Shown: positions 9,751-20,000 of the stretch, in pieces
Layout of the letters: every line of letters starts with the position of its first letter
Position numbering within the stretch: position 1 is the stretch's first letter
Assembly: GCF_004010195.1 (NCBI RefSeq)
Contig: NC_057719.1
Span: 43,772,759 to 43,792,758 of the forward strand
From: Chiloscyllium plagiosum
Taxonomy: Eukaryota
Direction: 5' to 3'
DNA: 20,000 nt
Translations under genes and position numbers: made by a program
Notes under the pieces: generated by a model
The model's input: only the letters and a program-made list of their open reading frames with translations
Databases searched by the model: none
Told to the model about the DNA's origin: nothing

Positions 9751-9914
9751 TACCATAGCAGTTTTATGCATAACTTTAAGATCTCTCAAACCTTTGGATT
9801 CACTGGCTTTTTGTCATAAAAACTTGCTTACAAGCTAATAAAATATTAAGAAATAATGGCAGCATCAAATAGTTGCTTGAAACCACATTCTGGCTATTTA
9901 ATTTCCTCAAAGTA

Positions 9915-10239
9915 CAGCAAACTTTGTTTTAACCGCCACTCTCGATAAATCAACAAGATTTGTATACCGAAAGTTTACTGCATTATCACGATCTCTGCGA
10001 TGTCCAAGTAGTCAGTTGAAGATGACAGTGAGAAGGCTCTCTGCCAGTAAATTTTATTTAAGGCAAAGTTGTGTTATGATTTATGCCATAAATAAAATAT
10101 AACAATGATATGTAAACCCCCTACATTACGATTCTATTACTTAGTGTGTGTTTTTAACAGTGACATCTTGAACAACCGGAATATTGGTCAACTGACACAC
10201 TCCTGGTCCCATTGATGCCAAGTAGTAAAACCTTTGCTG
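9915..10239. mobile_element. Old Tigger/pogo-like MITE (putative), 325 bp
   Basis: TA|CAGCAAA ... TTTGCTG|TA perfect termini (9913-9921 and 10233-10241), with degenerate similarity further inside and a subterminal GGTCCC...TGCC motif seen in Tigger-like ends. Confidence 0.5.
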
Positions 10240-11532
10240 TATTCCCAAATGAACTTGAGCTGACAGGCCATGTTTTGATTCTTGCCATTACATAGTTTCT
10301 CAAACCTCTTTCCTTCTTATGCTTTAAGTTTTCTCTTCATATGACATGATATCTTTCATCTTCATCAAGTTTATTGATTCTGCTGCAATTCAGTTCCCCA
10401 CAGATTAAGCACCATCAGTGCACTTAATTTTAATTCTTGAAATGAACTTTCCATCATCTTGCAGCTTCTCTCACTTTTCGTTGGAGCCACTAGAAAAGAA
10501 TTGTCTCCACATCACTAACTTCCAACTCACTCACTCTCTTATGTTCCCATTAATATACCACTGCTACTGGTCACCTACTAAATACTTATAATTTTAATGG
10601 TCCCAACTCCAAATCACTTAGTATCTCCCTTTTGTACAGCTTCTATCTTTTGTTCCTTCAAGTGAGTGAAGCTGCTATTCAGCAAGCTTGTGCCCAGCTC
10701 TGGAATGATCATACAGCTATTAGCACACCATGCGCACACATTTTTCTATTACTCTAGCATCATCCTCGAAAGCAAGAGAGCACTTTTTTGTCAAGTGCAG
10801 GGAACTGTAAAACTTTAATTAGTTGGTTATGCCAAGTTTCTAGCAAACTGGCTTCTAGTATTCCAAGTTAGTTATTGTAGTTAATAGTTTTAACTTGTCT
10901 TTTCGTTACTCTTTCAGGCTATGAGGATCTTATAGGGAAAAGTAATCTATATGATTACTGAAATCAAAAACATTTTTCCCCAAAGGCATTTTAATAGACT
11001 AAAGTAGATAAATTGCATTTCACCATTACATTCAAGTCATTATTTTGCCCAATCAGAACTGGAGAGGTATTGAGAAGGAGAGATTCAGCCAAACATGCTA
11101 ACCCCGATCTAAACTCTTCCAAGCAAAGCTCAAATCAGTGTGCAATCTTAAGTGACTAGAAATAATAATCTTGAAGTACTGTAGTAAAAGTTCTCATGTC
11201 AAACGCAGACCAAATACGAATGGAGACAATGATGCAAAAGCTCTTATGCGGCAGCAGCAACTCGAAGGGCGGGAGCTTGCAACAGGGGCCTGCCAGGAGC
11301 AGTGAGTCACTGATTTGTGCTTCTAAGTTTGAAAGCAGACAGCAGAGGTTTCTGGGAAAGGAAGGACTTCTTATTTTTATTTCCATCCAGCTATAAAAGT
11401 CAGTGTTTTCTCAACCCGAGACCCAAGCTTTGTAGGGCCTCTCACCCAACCATCTCCTCTCATCTTAAAGACCAGGGACATATAAGGTAAGTGTCTCTTC
11501 TTTTTTACTTTGTGACAAGAGGACTAGCAGAG

Positions 11533-12438
11533 ATGGCAGTGCAGGGAGAACAATGTTCCTCCTGCATGATATTTGAGGTGAGTGACGCTATTCCTGCCCC
11601 ATCCAAGTACATCTACAGGGAGTGCACCCAACTCTCACTCCTCCAAGACAGTGTTAGGGAACTGGAGCGGGAGCTGGATGAACTTTAGATCATTCAGGAG
11701 GCAGAGGCTGTGATAGATAAGATTTACAGGAAAGTAGTTACTCCTCGGCACGAAGAAAGCTGGGTGACTGTTCGAAGTGGGGGGATAAAAAAAAAAGTCA
11801 GTGGAGAGTTCCCCTGTGGTCGATCCCCTGAAAAACATGTATACCTTTTTGGATACTGTTGAGGGGGACGACTTACCAGGGGTATGCAGTGGGGCCCAGG
11901 TCTCTGGCACAGAAGCGAAGGAGGGAAAGGAGGAGAGTGTTAGTCAATGGGGATTCAATAGTTAGAGGCTTAGATTGAAAAGTTTGTTGGGAGCGAAGGA
12001 GACTCACGGTTGGTGTATTGCCCCCTAGGTGCCAGGATCCGTGATGTCTCGGATTGTATCTTTCGGGTCCTGAAGGGAGAGGAGACTAGCCTCAAGTCGT
12101 TGTCCATATTAGGTATCAACGACATAGGTAGAAAGAGGGATAGGGATATAAGGCAGGATTTCAGAGAGCTAAGGTGGAAGCTGAGAGCTAGAACAGAGTT
12201 GTTATCCCTGGTTTGTTACTCGTGCCATGTGATAGCGAGGCAATGAATAGTGAGAGATATCAGTTGAACACGTGGCTGCAAGGTTGTGTGGGGGAGGGGT
12301 TTCAGGTTTTTGGATAATTGGGGCTCGTTCTGGGGAAGGTGGGACCTGTACAAACAGGACAGTCTTCACTTGAACCAGAGGGGTACTAATATCCTGGGTG
12401 GGAAATTTGCTGGTGCTATTCAGGTGGGTTTAAACTAG
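11533..12438 (+). pseudogene. CR1 ORF1 (Cys-knuckle, coiled coil, SGNH esterase), disrupted
   Basis: MAVQGEQCSSCMIFEV...RECTQLSLLQDSVRELERELDEL, then VLVNGDSIVRG (GDS at 11949-11957), GARIRDV, GINDI and DSLHLNQRG...GLN* (TAG at 12436-12438). Internal stops and frameshifts. Confidence 0.85.
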
Positions 12439-12554
12439 CTCAGCAAGGGGATGGGAACCGGAGGTGCAGTTGCAGTGCACAGGAGGATGAGAGCAGGAAG
12501 GACAGGGACAGGATTTCAGAGTCACAGGAATGTGATGGCAGACTGTGAAGTGGT

Positions 12555-15290
12555 TTGAAGTGTGTTTACTTCAACGTCAGAAGTATCCCAAATAAGGTAA
12601 GTGAGCTTGCAGCATGGATAGGTACCTGGGACTTGCATGTTGTGGCCATTTCGGAGACATGGATAGAGCAGGGTGAGGAATGGATGTTGCAGGTTCCAGG
12701 GGTTAGATCTTTCATTAAGTACAGGCAAGGCAGTAAAAGAGGGGAAGGCATGGCCTTGTTAATCAAGGATACTATAACGGTGGTGGAGAGAACTTTTGAT
12801 GAGGACTCGTCTACTGAGATTAGAAACAGGAGAGGAGAGGTCATACTGCTTGGAGTTTTTTTTTTAATAGGCCTCCGCAGAGTTCCAGGGAGATGGAAGA
12901 GAGGATTAGCAAACTTATTCTGGAGGGGAGTGAAAGGAACAGGATGGTCATTATGGGAGACTAACTTCCCCAACATTGACTGGAAATGCTATAACTCCTG
13001 TACATTGGATGGATCGGTTTTCATCCAATGTGTACAGGAGGGTTTCCTGACACAGTATGTCGAAGGGCCGACAAGAGGGGAGGCCACACTGGATCTGGCA
13101 CTTGGTAAAGAACCAGGCCAGGAGTTTGATTTAGTTGTAGGTGAGCACTTTGGAGAGACTGACCATAATTCAGTTACGTTTAGTTTTGCGATGGAAAGGG
13201 ATAGGTACATGCCACAGGTCAAAAGTTATCGATGGGGCAAGGGCAATTATAATGCGATTAGACAAGAATTAGGATGCATAGAATGGGGTAGCAAAATGCA
13301 GGGGATGCAGACAATCGAAATGTAGAACTGGTTTAAGGAACAGATATTGCGTGTCCTTGATAGGTATTTCTCTGTCAGGCAGGGAGGAAGTGATAAGGTA
13401 AGGGAACTGTGGTTTACAACAGAAATTGCATCTCTTGTTACGAAGAAGGAGGCGGCTTATGTGTTGATGAGGCAAGATGGTTCAGATGAGGCAATAGAGA
13501 GTTACAGATCAGCTAGGAAGGATTTAAAAGGAGAGAGTTAAGAAGAGCAAAGAGAGGACACGAGCAGAATAAAGGAGAATCCTAAAGCTTTCTATAGGTA
13601 TGACAGGAATAATAGGATGTCTAGGGTAGGAATAGGGCCAGTCAAAGATAGAAGTGGAAATTGATTCGTGGACCCTGTGGAGATCGGAGAGGTGCTAAAC
13701 GAATATTTCTTATTGGTTTTCACTCAGGAAAATGAAAATATTGTTGAGAAGAAGAATGGGGTATGAGATATTAGACTAGAAAGGATCGAGGTTAGTTACG
13801 AACAGGTGTTATCAATTCTAGAAGGAGTGAGGGGAGGGGATTTATCCGAGGATTCTCTGGGAAGCGAGGGAGGAGATAGCAGAGCCTTTGGCTTTGATAT
13901 TTGAGTCGTCATTGTCTACAGGTTTAGTACCAAGGGACTGCAGGATTGCAAATGTTGTGCCCTTGTTCAAGGAGGGCAGTAGAGATGGCCCAGATAATTA
14001 TAGATCAGTGAGCCTTACTTCTGTTGTAGGAAAGGTTTTGGAAAGGATTATAAGATTTATAATCATCTAGCAAGCAACAATTTGATCTCAGATAGTCAAC
14101 ATGGTTTCATCAAGGGCAGGTCGTGTCTCACAAACCTCACTGAGATTTTGAGAAGAAGGAGAACAAGCATGTAGATGTAGATGAGGGTAGGGCAGTTGAC
14201 GTGGTATAAATGGATTTCAGTAAACCTTTGATAAGGTTCAACATGGTAGGCTGTTGGAGAAAATGCAGAGGCATGGGATTGAGGGTGATTTAGCAGTTTG
14301 GATTAGAAACTGGCTTTCTGAAAGAAGGCAGCGAGTGGTGGTTGATGGAAAATATTCAGCCTGGAGTTCAGTTACTAGTGGTGTACCACAAGGGTCTGTT
14401 TTGGACCACTGCTGTTTGTAATTTTTATAAATGACTTAGACACAGGCATAGGTGGATGGATTAGTAAATTTGGAGACGACACTAAAGTTGGTAGAGTAGT
14501 GGACAGTGTGGAAGAATGTTACAGGTTGCAGGGGGACTTGGATAAACTGCAGAATTGGGCTGAGAGGTGGCAAATGGATTTCAATGCAGCTAAAGGTGAG
14601 GTGATGTACTTTGGGAAGAATAACAGGAAGGCAAGTACTGGGTCAATGGAAAGATTCTTGGTAGTGTGGATATGCAGAGGAAACTTGGGGGATCCATGTA
14701 CATAGATCCCTGAAAGTTGTCACCCAGGTTGATAATGCTGTTAAGAAGGCATACTGTGTGTTAGGTTTCATTCGTAGAGGGAGTGAGTTCCGGAGCCGCA
14801 ATATCATGCTGCAACTATACAAACGCTGGTGCGGCCACACTTAGAATATTGTGTACAGTTCTGGTCCCCATATTTCGGGAAGGATGTGGAAGCATTGGAA
14901 AAGGTGCAGAGGAGATTTACCAGGATGTTGCCTGGTCTGGAGGTAAGCTCTTATGAGGAAAGGCTGAGAGACTTGAACCTGTTCTCATTGGCAAGAAGGC
15001 GGCTAAGAGGGGATTTGATAGAGACACACAAGATGATCAGAGGATTAGATAGTGAAAGTCTTTTTCCAAGGATGATGACGTCAGCGTGGATGAGGGAGCA
15101 CAACTACAAATTCAGGGGTGATAGATTTAAGAGATGTCAGAGGCAGGTTCTTTACACAGAGTGGTAAGGGTGTGGAATGCCCTTCCTGCTAATGTAGTCA
15201 ACTCAGCCACATTAGGGATTTTAAACAATCCTTAGATAAGCTCATGGATGATTTTGGGATAGTGTAGGGGGACGAGCTAAGAATAATTCA
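12555..15290 (+). pseudogene. CR1 ORF2 (APE endonuclease plus reverse transcriptase), disrupted
   Basis: KCVYFNVRS, VVAISETW, NFPNIDW, TLDL and DHN (APE domain). ANVVPLFK...NYRSVSLTSVVGK, GVPQGSV, SKFGDDTK (14463-14486) and RPHLEYCVQFWSP (RT and C-terminus). Many frameshifts and a short deletion near 13830. Confidence 0.92.
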
Positions 15291-15614
15291 TAGGTTGGCG
15301 CAACATTGAGGGCCGAAGGGCCTGTTCTGCGCTGTATTGTTCCATGTTCTAAGTGTCCTTGGGGTCCTTTCCTCCTTATGACCTCCAAGTCAGCAGTACT
15401 GTCTTACCATACAAACTGAACAATTGAGTAAAATATAGATTTGAGAATTCCCAGACTAATCACATTTTACAGGTGCTACAGAATTAAAGGTATCAGAACA
15501 ATGCCACTTCTAAATTGCCATTTTTAAATTGCATAATTGCACTAGTTATTTTGTGGCAACAGGTTCTTGTGTCATTCTGGCTTACCGCAGCATTGTCAAT
15601 TACTTGTGTAGCAT

Positions 15615-15795
15615 GTTGCCACTCCCAGATTTAAACATGTAAGCTGAGACACTTGAATATAAAAATAAATTGTACTATCATAGGTGCTATCACTTAGCTG
15701 AAATAAGATAGTAACATGTTTCCCAATGTGGCATACATGAACACTTGAGACTTTTCAAAGAGGAGTAGAGGCTACCTGGGCAGCAAACTCCCTCA
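15615..15795 (+). mobile_element. Possible highly decayed DeuSINE-like relic
   Basis: Patchy resemblance (CCACTCCCAGA...AAGCTGAGACAC...AGGTGCTATC...TTTTCAAAGAGGAGTAGAGG) to the recalled SacSINE1-type head and Deu domain. Confidence 0.3.
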
Positions 15796-16389
15796 CATAC
15801 AAAACCAAAAACAGACTACCCGACCATTCATTTAATTTACAAATTAAGAAATTGAAATGGTAAGATAATCTACAACCTGTATTTTTAAACTTTTCAATCC
15901 ATTTGACATTAATACTGTTCAGTTTTTAGTAGTCAATGCAAATATATATACTTTTGAACATCTTACTGCAGTGAAGCAAGGCACTTAGGAGTTGAAATTC
16001 AAATATTTACAGGCACACTGGTATGTAATGCCAATAAAACAAATGACAAAAATAGTTCATTTGCAATTGAAATTGTTTTATGATAAATTAAGCCAAACAA
16101 ATTTGCAGACAAAAAATATAAAGTTTCAACTCTAACCCCACAACTCATTAACTTACAGTAAAATTACCAACAGCACAAATAGCTTCTCAAAAATAACAAA
16201 GGCACGTAAAATAAATGGAAAGTTAATCTGATGAATACATATACTTTTACTGCCAGAATTCCAAAATTCTCAGGTGGACAATGTTCACAAGTTACAAAGT
16301 CAGCCTTCTACTGCTTCAATAAAAACAAAGTTTAAAGTGATGTGCAAAAGCAGTAAGGCAGATGTGAATTTTTTTTTTCACAAAGCAAG

Positions 16390-16570
16390 TAGTTAGGGTA
16401 GAGAATGCTCTGCCTGTAAATGTGGGCAGCAGGTTCAATTGTGGCATTCAAGAGAGCATTGGAGGATTATTTGAATAGGAAGTGTGCAAGGGATAGGGAA
16501 AAAGCAGAAGATTAGCAGCAGGTAGTTGTGCTCATCTGAAGAGCATGCACAGGGAGATAAGTAATTCTGC
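16390..16570 (+). mobile_element. Decayed CR1 3'-end fragment
   Basis: GAATGCTCTGCCTG...GGTTCAATTGTGGCATTCAAGAGAGCATTGGAGGATTATTTGAATAGGAAG (NALP...SIVAFKRALEDYLNR), typical of the CR1 ORF2 C-terminus. Confidence 0.7.
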
Positions 16571-16702
16571 ATAATAACAATTCTGTGAAAACCAGAACTG
16601 TCGGGAGTATTAAAAAACACCCAAATATAAAACATTTGAAGTATCTAATAATACTGATGATGGATGAGTTAACTTACAAATGTACATAGTGCACATCACA
16701 TT

Positions 16703-16994
16703 TTCTTATTTGTTTATGTGATGTGGGTGTCACTGGCTAGACCAGCATTTAATTGACCATCCCTAATTGCCAGAGAGCAATTACCCACAGTTATGTAGCC
16801 AGACCAGGTAGGAATGGCAGTTTCTTTCCCTTAAGGACAATAGTGAAGCAGATGGCTTTTTCCAACAATCGACAACAGCTTCACAGTCATCATTAATTCC
16901 AGAACTTATCATTTATTAAATTAAAATTCCACTATATGCCATAGCAGGATTTGAACTCGAATCCCCAGAACCATTATCTGGGGCCTCTGGATGA
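16703..16994 (-). mobile_element. tRNA-derived SINE of a second elasmobranch family (family not assigned)
   Basis: Minus strand has a B-box-like ATTCGAGTTCAAATCCTGC, a central CCATCTGCTTCACTATTGTCCTTAAGGGAAAGAAACTGCCATTCCTACCTGGTCTGGC segment, and a tail GGCAATTAGGGATGG...AAATGCTGGTCTAGCCAGTGACACCCACATC followed by A-rich sequence. Confidence 0.65.

Positions 16995-17025
<31 letters not shown>
16995..17025 (+). repeat. (ATT)10 microsatellite
   Basis: Perfect trinucleotide run at the head of the adjacent SINE. Confidence 0.95.
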
Positions 17026-18347
17026 GTAATGCCATGCCAATAACTAATTTTTGATTGCTTATCGGGTTTGCAGTATGGTGCGCATGGTAAGCTTCATATT
17101 AATACACACTCTTGTTCTTTGCAGACAAAGGACATGAACCCACACAGCACCCATTTCAATTCAACAAAATAGGCCTCAGCCATTTATTGCTTCATTTCTC
17201 AAAGCAATACCTTGACTGTAGTCAACTTACCCTATTTAAAATTGAAACAATTTGTAGTTAATGGTCTACCATCATTATTTGTTGAATTCTCCATTGCAAC
17301 ACCTCTACCAATCAATTGATCAATGCCTTCCTCTTATACAATGTAAATATTGTTTACCCCTTGTACCAAGAAAAGAGGATGTTTATTTCCCATTTAATTG
17401 ATATTGGGAATTGTGTTAATGAGTGCAAGGTGAAAAGCTACAAAAAAGATGTATGCTTTCTTCAGCAATGCTGAAGTTGCACGACATATAGCTTCTCAAT
17501 ATGGCAAGCAATTAATTACACTAACCAAGAATGGACTGGCCCTCACCCAACACCAGTAAACTCATGTAATGGAAGACTAGTAATCCTCAACTCTAATGGA
17601 ATCAATGACAAATCAAAGGGTGTCTGCAAGATGCTGCAGCTAATATTTCTTTGGCAAACTAATTCAAACAAAACTTTCAACTTTTGAACTACAAGACAGC
17701 ATATTATAGTTGCTAATCCAAAAATGTTAAGATTAATCTTGCTGGACTTTTAAACATCTTGCTTGTGGTTAGTGAAATCAGCAAGACATATCTAGAAGGA
17801 ATTTAAATTTATCATACAAATCACTTTGAACTTGACTAATGAATCCCATCGAAAAACTCAAAATAGAATAAAAGAACAAAAATCAGCCATGTAATAGATC
17901 CAATGCATCATTTCATTCTTCAATGAGATGCAGCAACTTCACAAAAGGCATAAAACACAAATTGGAGAGAACACTCTTATTCAAAAAGGGTGACAGATAA
18001 TGTAAAATGGTTCAGTGAATTCACAATGACCATGTTTAAAGAGTTGAACTGGTGAGTAACTCAGCTGTAGAATTACAAGGTGGAAAGCTTTAAACAGGAC
18101 AAGATATTATATTGGTTTCCATTTCTTCATTACTTGAGATAAGCATGTGTGGAAAACCAAAACAAAGGCATTTAATTATGTCTAAAATTAGGAAATTACA
18201 GTCATTGATTGAAATAGTAAATTATCAATAGCAATACTAAAATAAAAATGCAACTAATTAAAATACCAACACTAAAATTCACAGGAGGACAGAGAAGCAA
18301 AACAGGAAAGAAAAGAAAAACAGTGCCAAAAACAATACACAAACATT

Positions 18348-18640
18348 GGGTTAGCACTGCTGCCTCACAGCGCCAGAGACCCGGGTTCAATGCCCACCTC
18401 AGGCGACTGTCTGTGTGGAGTTTGCACATTCTCCCCGTGCCTGCGTGGGTTTCCTCCGGGTGCTCCGGTTTCCTCCCACAGTACAAAGATGTGCAGGTTA
18501 GCCAAATTGGCCATGCTAAGTTGCCCGTAGTGTTAGGTGAAGGGGTAAATGTGGAGGAATGGGTCTGGGTGGGTTGCTCTTCGGAGGATTGGTGTGGACT
18601 TGTTGGGCCGAAGGGCCTATTTCTACACTATGTAAACTAA
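18348..18640 (+). mobile_element. HE1-type SINE, missing about the first 20 nt
   Basis: GGTTAGCACTGCTGCCTCACAGCGCCAGAGACCCGGGTTCAATGCC...GGTTTCCTCCGGGTGCTCCGGTTTCCTCCCACAG...TTGTTGGGCCGAAGGGCCT. Confidence 0.93.
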
Positions 18641-18920
18641 TAAAGATTTTAAAAAGCACCTAGGTTCAAAAGGAATCAATTTACACTGAGTTGAAAAACA
18701 AAGGATCAGACATACCAGTGGGAGTACAATATATGCTGCCAAACTATGAAAAGGAAATAAAGGTTGGCAATTGTAAACAAATTAGAACAAGGTATATTGC
18801 CAATAAAGCAAGACTTGGAGTATCCCAAAATACTTTTCTTTGCTCTTGGGAGTGTGACATTTATTGTCCATTTATTGTCCATCCAGAATTGCATGAAGAT
18901 TTGAAAAGTTAACCACATTG

Positions 18921-18993
18921 TGAAGAGTCTTTGGACTTGAAACATTAAATTTGCTTATCTCTCCATAGATGCTGCCAGACGTGTTGAGTTTTA
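18921..18993 (+). mobile_element. Penelope-like element 3' UTR fragment
   Basis: TGAAGAGTCTTTGGACTTGAAACATTAA...TCTCTCCATAGATGCTGCCAGACGTGTTGAGTTT, similar to 3625-3700. Confidence 0.55.
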
Positions 18994-19814
18994 GTTACAT
19001 AATGGGATTAATTTTATGCAAACGAGACGGAGTAGAAACAGGAGTTCTTTTTCAAAGGGTACAATGGAACTGGTGAGTTCGTTATGACAATCCAGCAGAC
19101 TTCTTCCCTATGCTTTTTCTGCCAGCACAAAAATGAGCAGAATTATTAATTTTAGTTTCACAATATTCAAGTTGCTAACCCAGTAATACAACCACTAAGA
19201 ACAGAGCTAAAAAGTAAGAAGTACAGATTGAAGAATTTTACTTCAGGCAAATCTGTTGCTAGCCCAAAAAGAGAATAATTACTATCATTATAAAGCAGAG
19301 ATTGACACCATCACCCCACACAACCCTGAGAACTAAAACTGAAAACATCCAAAGGAAGGTGTTTTGAAACGCCTTATAATCTGTAAAATGAGTGGGAAAA
19401 GTGATGTAACCTGCTTTTCAGTAACTTCTAATGGTTAAAAAAAATAAATCCCTGACATTCACTCAAAATTAGTTAATAATTTACCTTAGTCTAACAGTGA
19501 ACAAATTAACTAAACTATTAACAAACCAAATAAATCCCTTCCAACTACTAACTATTCCCAAATAAAACAAGATTCTAATGGTATGTTGTTCCAATAAATA
19601 TGTCCCACTTATATAAAAAGCAGAATTTAGACTCAAAATCACAGCCAGGTTATATGTCTTCCAAATGTTCTGTGACTTCTCCATCGATCCTTCTGTCAGG
19701 AATGCCTTCTCTGTTGTTATTTAGATGGTGCTTTCTCTCCTACATTGATGACAGAGAGTCAGCATTCTCTCAAAAGAGCGCTTAGGGCTATTAGCTCTGG
19801 CTGATGGCAGTTAA

Positions 19815-20000
19815 ACGTTTGGGTGAAGATTTGTAGCTCGGGTGCTCGTTGTGGTTCTGTTCGCCGAGCTGGAAATTTTTGTTGCAAACATTTCGTCCCC
19901 TGTCTAGGTGACATCCTCAGTGCTTGGGAGCCTCCTGTGAAGCGCTTCTGTGGTGTTTCCTCCGGCATTTATAGTGGCCTGTCCCTGCCGCTCCCGGTTG
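19815..20000 (-). mobile_element. Penelope-like element terminal repeat (pLTR), continues beyond the window
   Basis: GC- and CpG-rich segment. The minus strand has TATAAAT (19973-19967) about 45 nt upstream of a minimal hammerhead, the typical pLTR layout, and ends GAGCTACAAATCTTCACCCAAAC. Confidence 0.75.
19884..19923 (-). ncRNA. Minimal type I hammerhead ribozyme
   Basis: Minus strand GCA-CUGAGGA-U-GUCACCU-AGAC-AGGGGAC-GAAA-UG-U-U-UGC. Core CUGAnGA and GAAA are intact, stem I is GCA/UGC, stem II has 6 of 7 pairs, and stem III is a minimal AUGU. Confidence 0.75.

Larger units (their letters stand above)
11245..15351 (+). mobile_element. Near full-length CR1-clade LINE (5' UTR, ORF1, ORF2, 3' UTR), inactivated
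   Basis: ORF1 and ORF2 motifs in the correct order (see the two pseudogene entries). 3' end GGGCCGAAGGGCCTGTTCTGCGCTGTATTGTTCCATGTTCTA. The 5' boundary is approximate and no TSD was identified. Confidence 0.95.

Noticed and set aside
9593..9838. ORFs 9593..9838, 18202..18486, 18248..18640 and 7828..8016 as a small protein family
   Set aside because: Their shared peptides (CGRKPEHPE...GRMCKLHT) are incidental translations of HE1 SINE copies.
12555..13325. Longest ORF (256 aa) as a functional or domesticated gene
   Set aside because: It is the APE endonuclease part of CR1 ORF2, with an internal out-of-frame stretch (compensating frameshifts near 12857-12960) and a premature stop.
15515..19490. 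Minus-strand donor-like sites (near 15522, 17227 and 19482) as the upstream MAP4K5 exon
   Set aside because: None is preceded by sequence encoding the expected GSGTYGDVYK.
1..20000. Prokaryotic-type system (CRISPR, retron, defence island) suggested by the RT ORFs
   Set aside because: All RT fragments are vertebrate CR1 LINE ORF2. There is no operon structure, repeat-spacer array or bacterial gene content.

Overview
Eukaryotic, repeat-rich intronic DNA, almost certainly from a cartilaginous fish. HE1-type SINEs and CR1/HER1-type LINEs point to a shark or ray, and the species cannot be fixed from sequence. The only host coding sequence I can support is one 58-bp exon on the minus strand (6269-6326, ARNLQTGELAAVKIIKLEP-G), a GCK-I family Ste20 kinase most like MAP4K5. 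It is too short for the ORF track. The rest is intron carrying decayed transposons: a near full-length CR1 LINE (about 11245-15351), several truncated CR1 copies, three HE1 SINEs, other tRNA-derived SINEs, three TA-flanked Tigger/pogo-like MITEs and Penelope-like element remnants. The most notable signals are a nearly intact minimal hammerhead ribozyme in a Penelope-like terminal repeat, on the same strand as the host pre-mRNA (19884-19923), and a resolvable nested-insertion stack at 1-3140. I found no convincing previously undescribed system. Repeat family names come from recalled consensus motifs, not from database searches, and most repeat boundaries are approximate.
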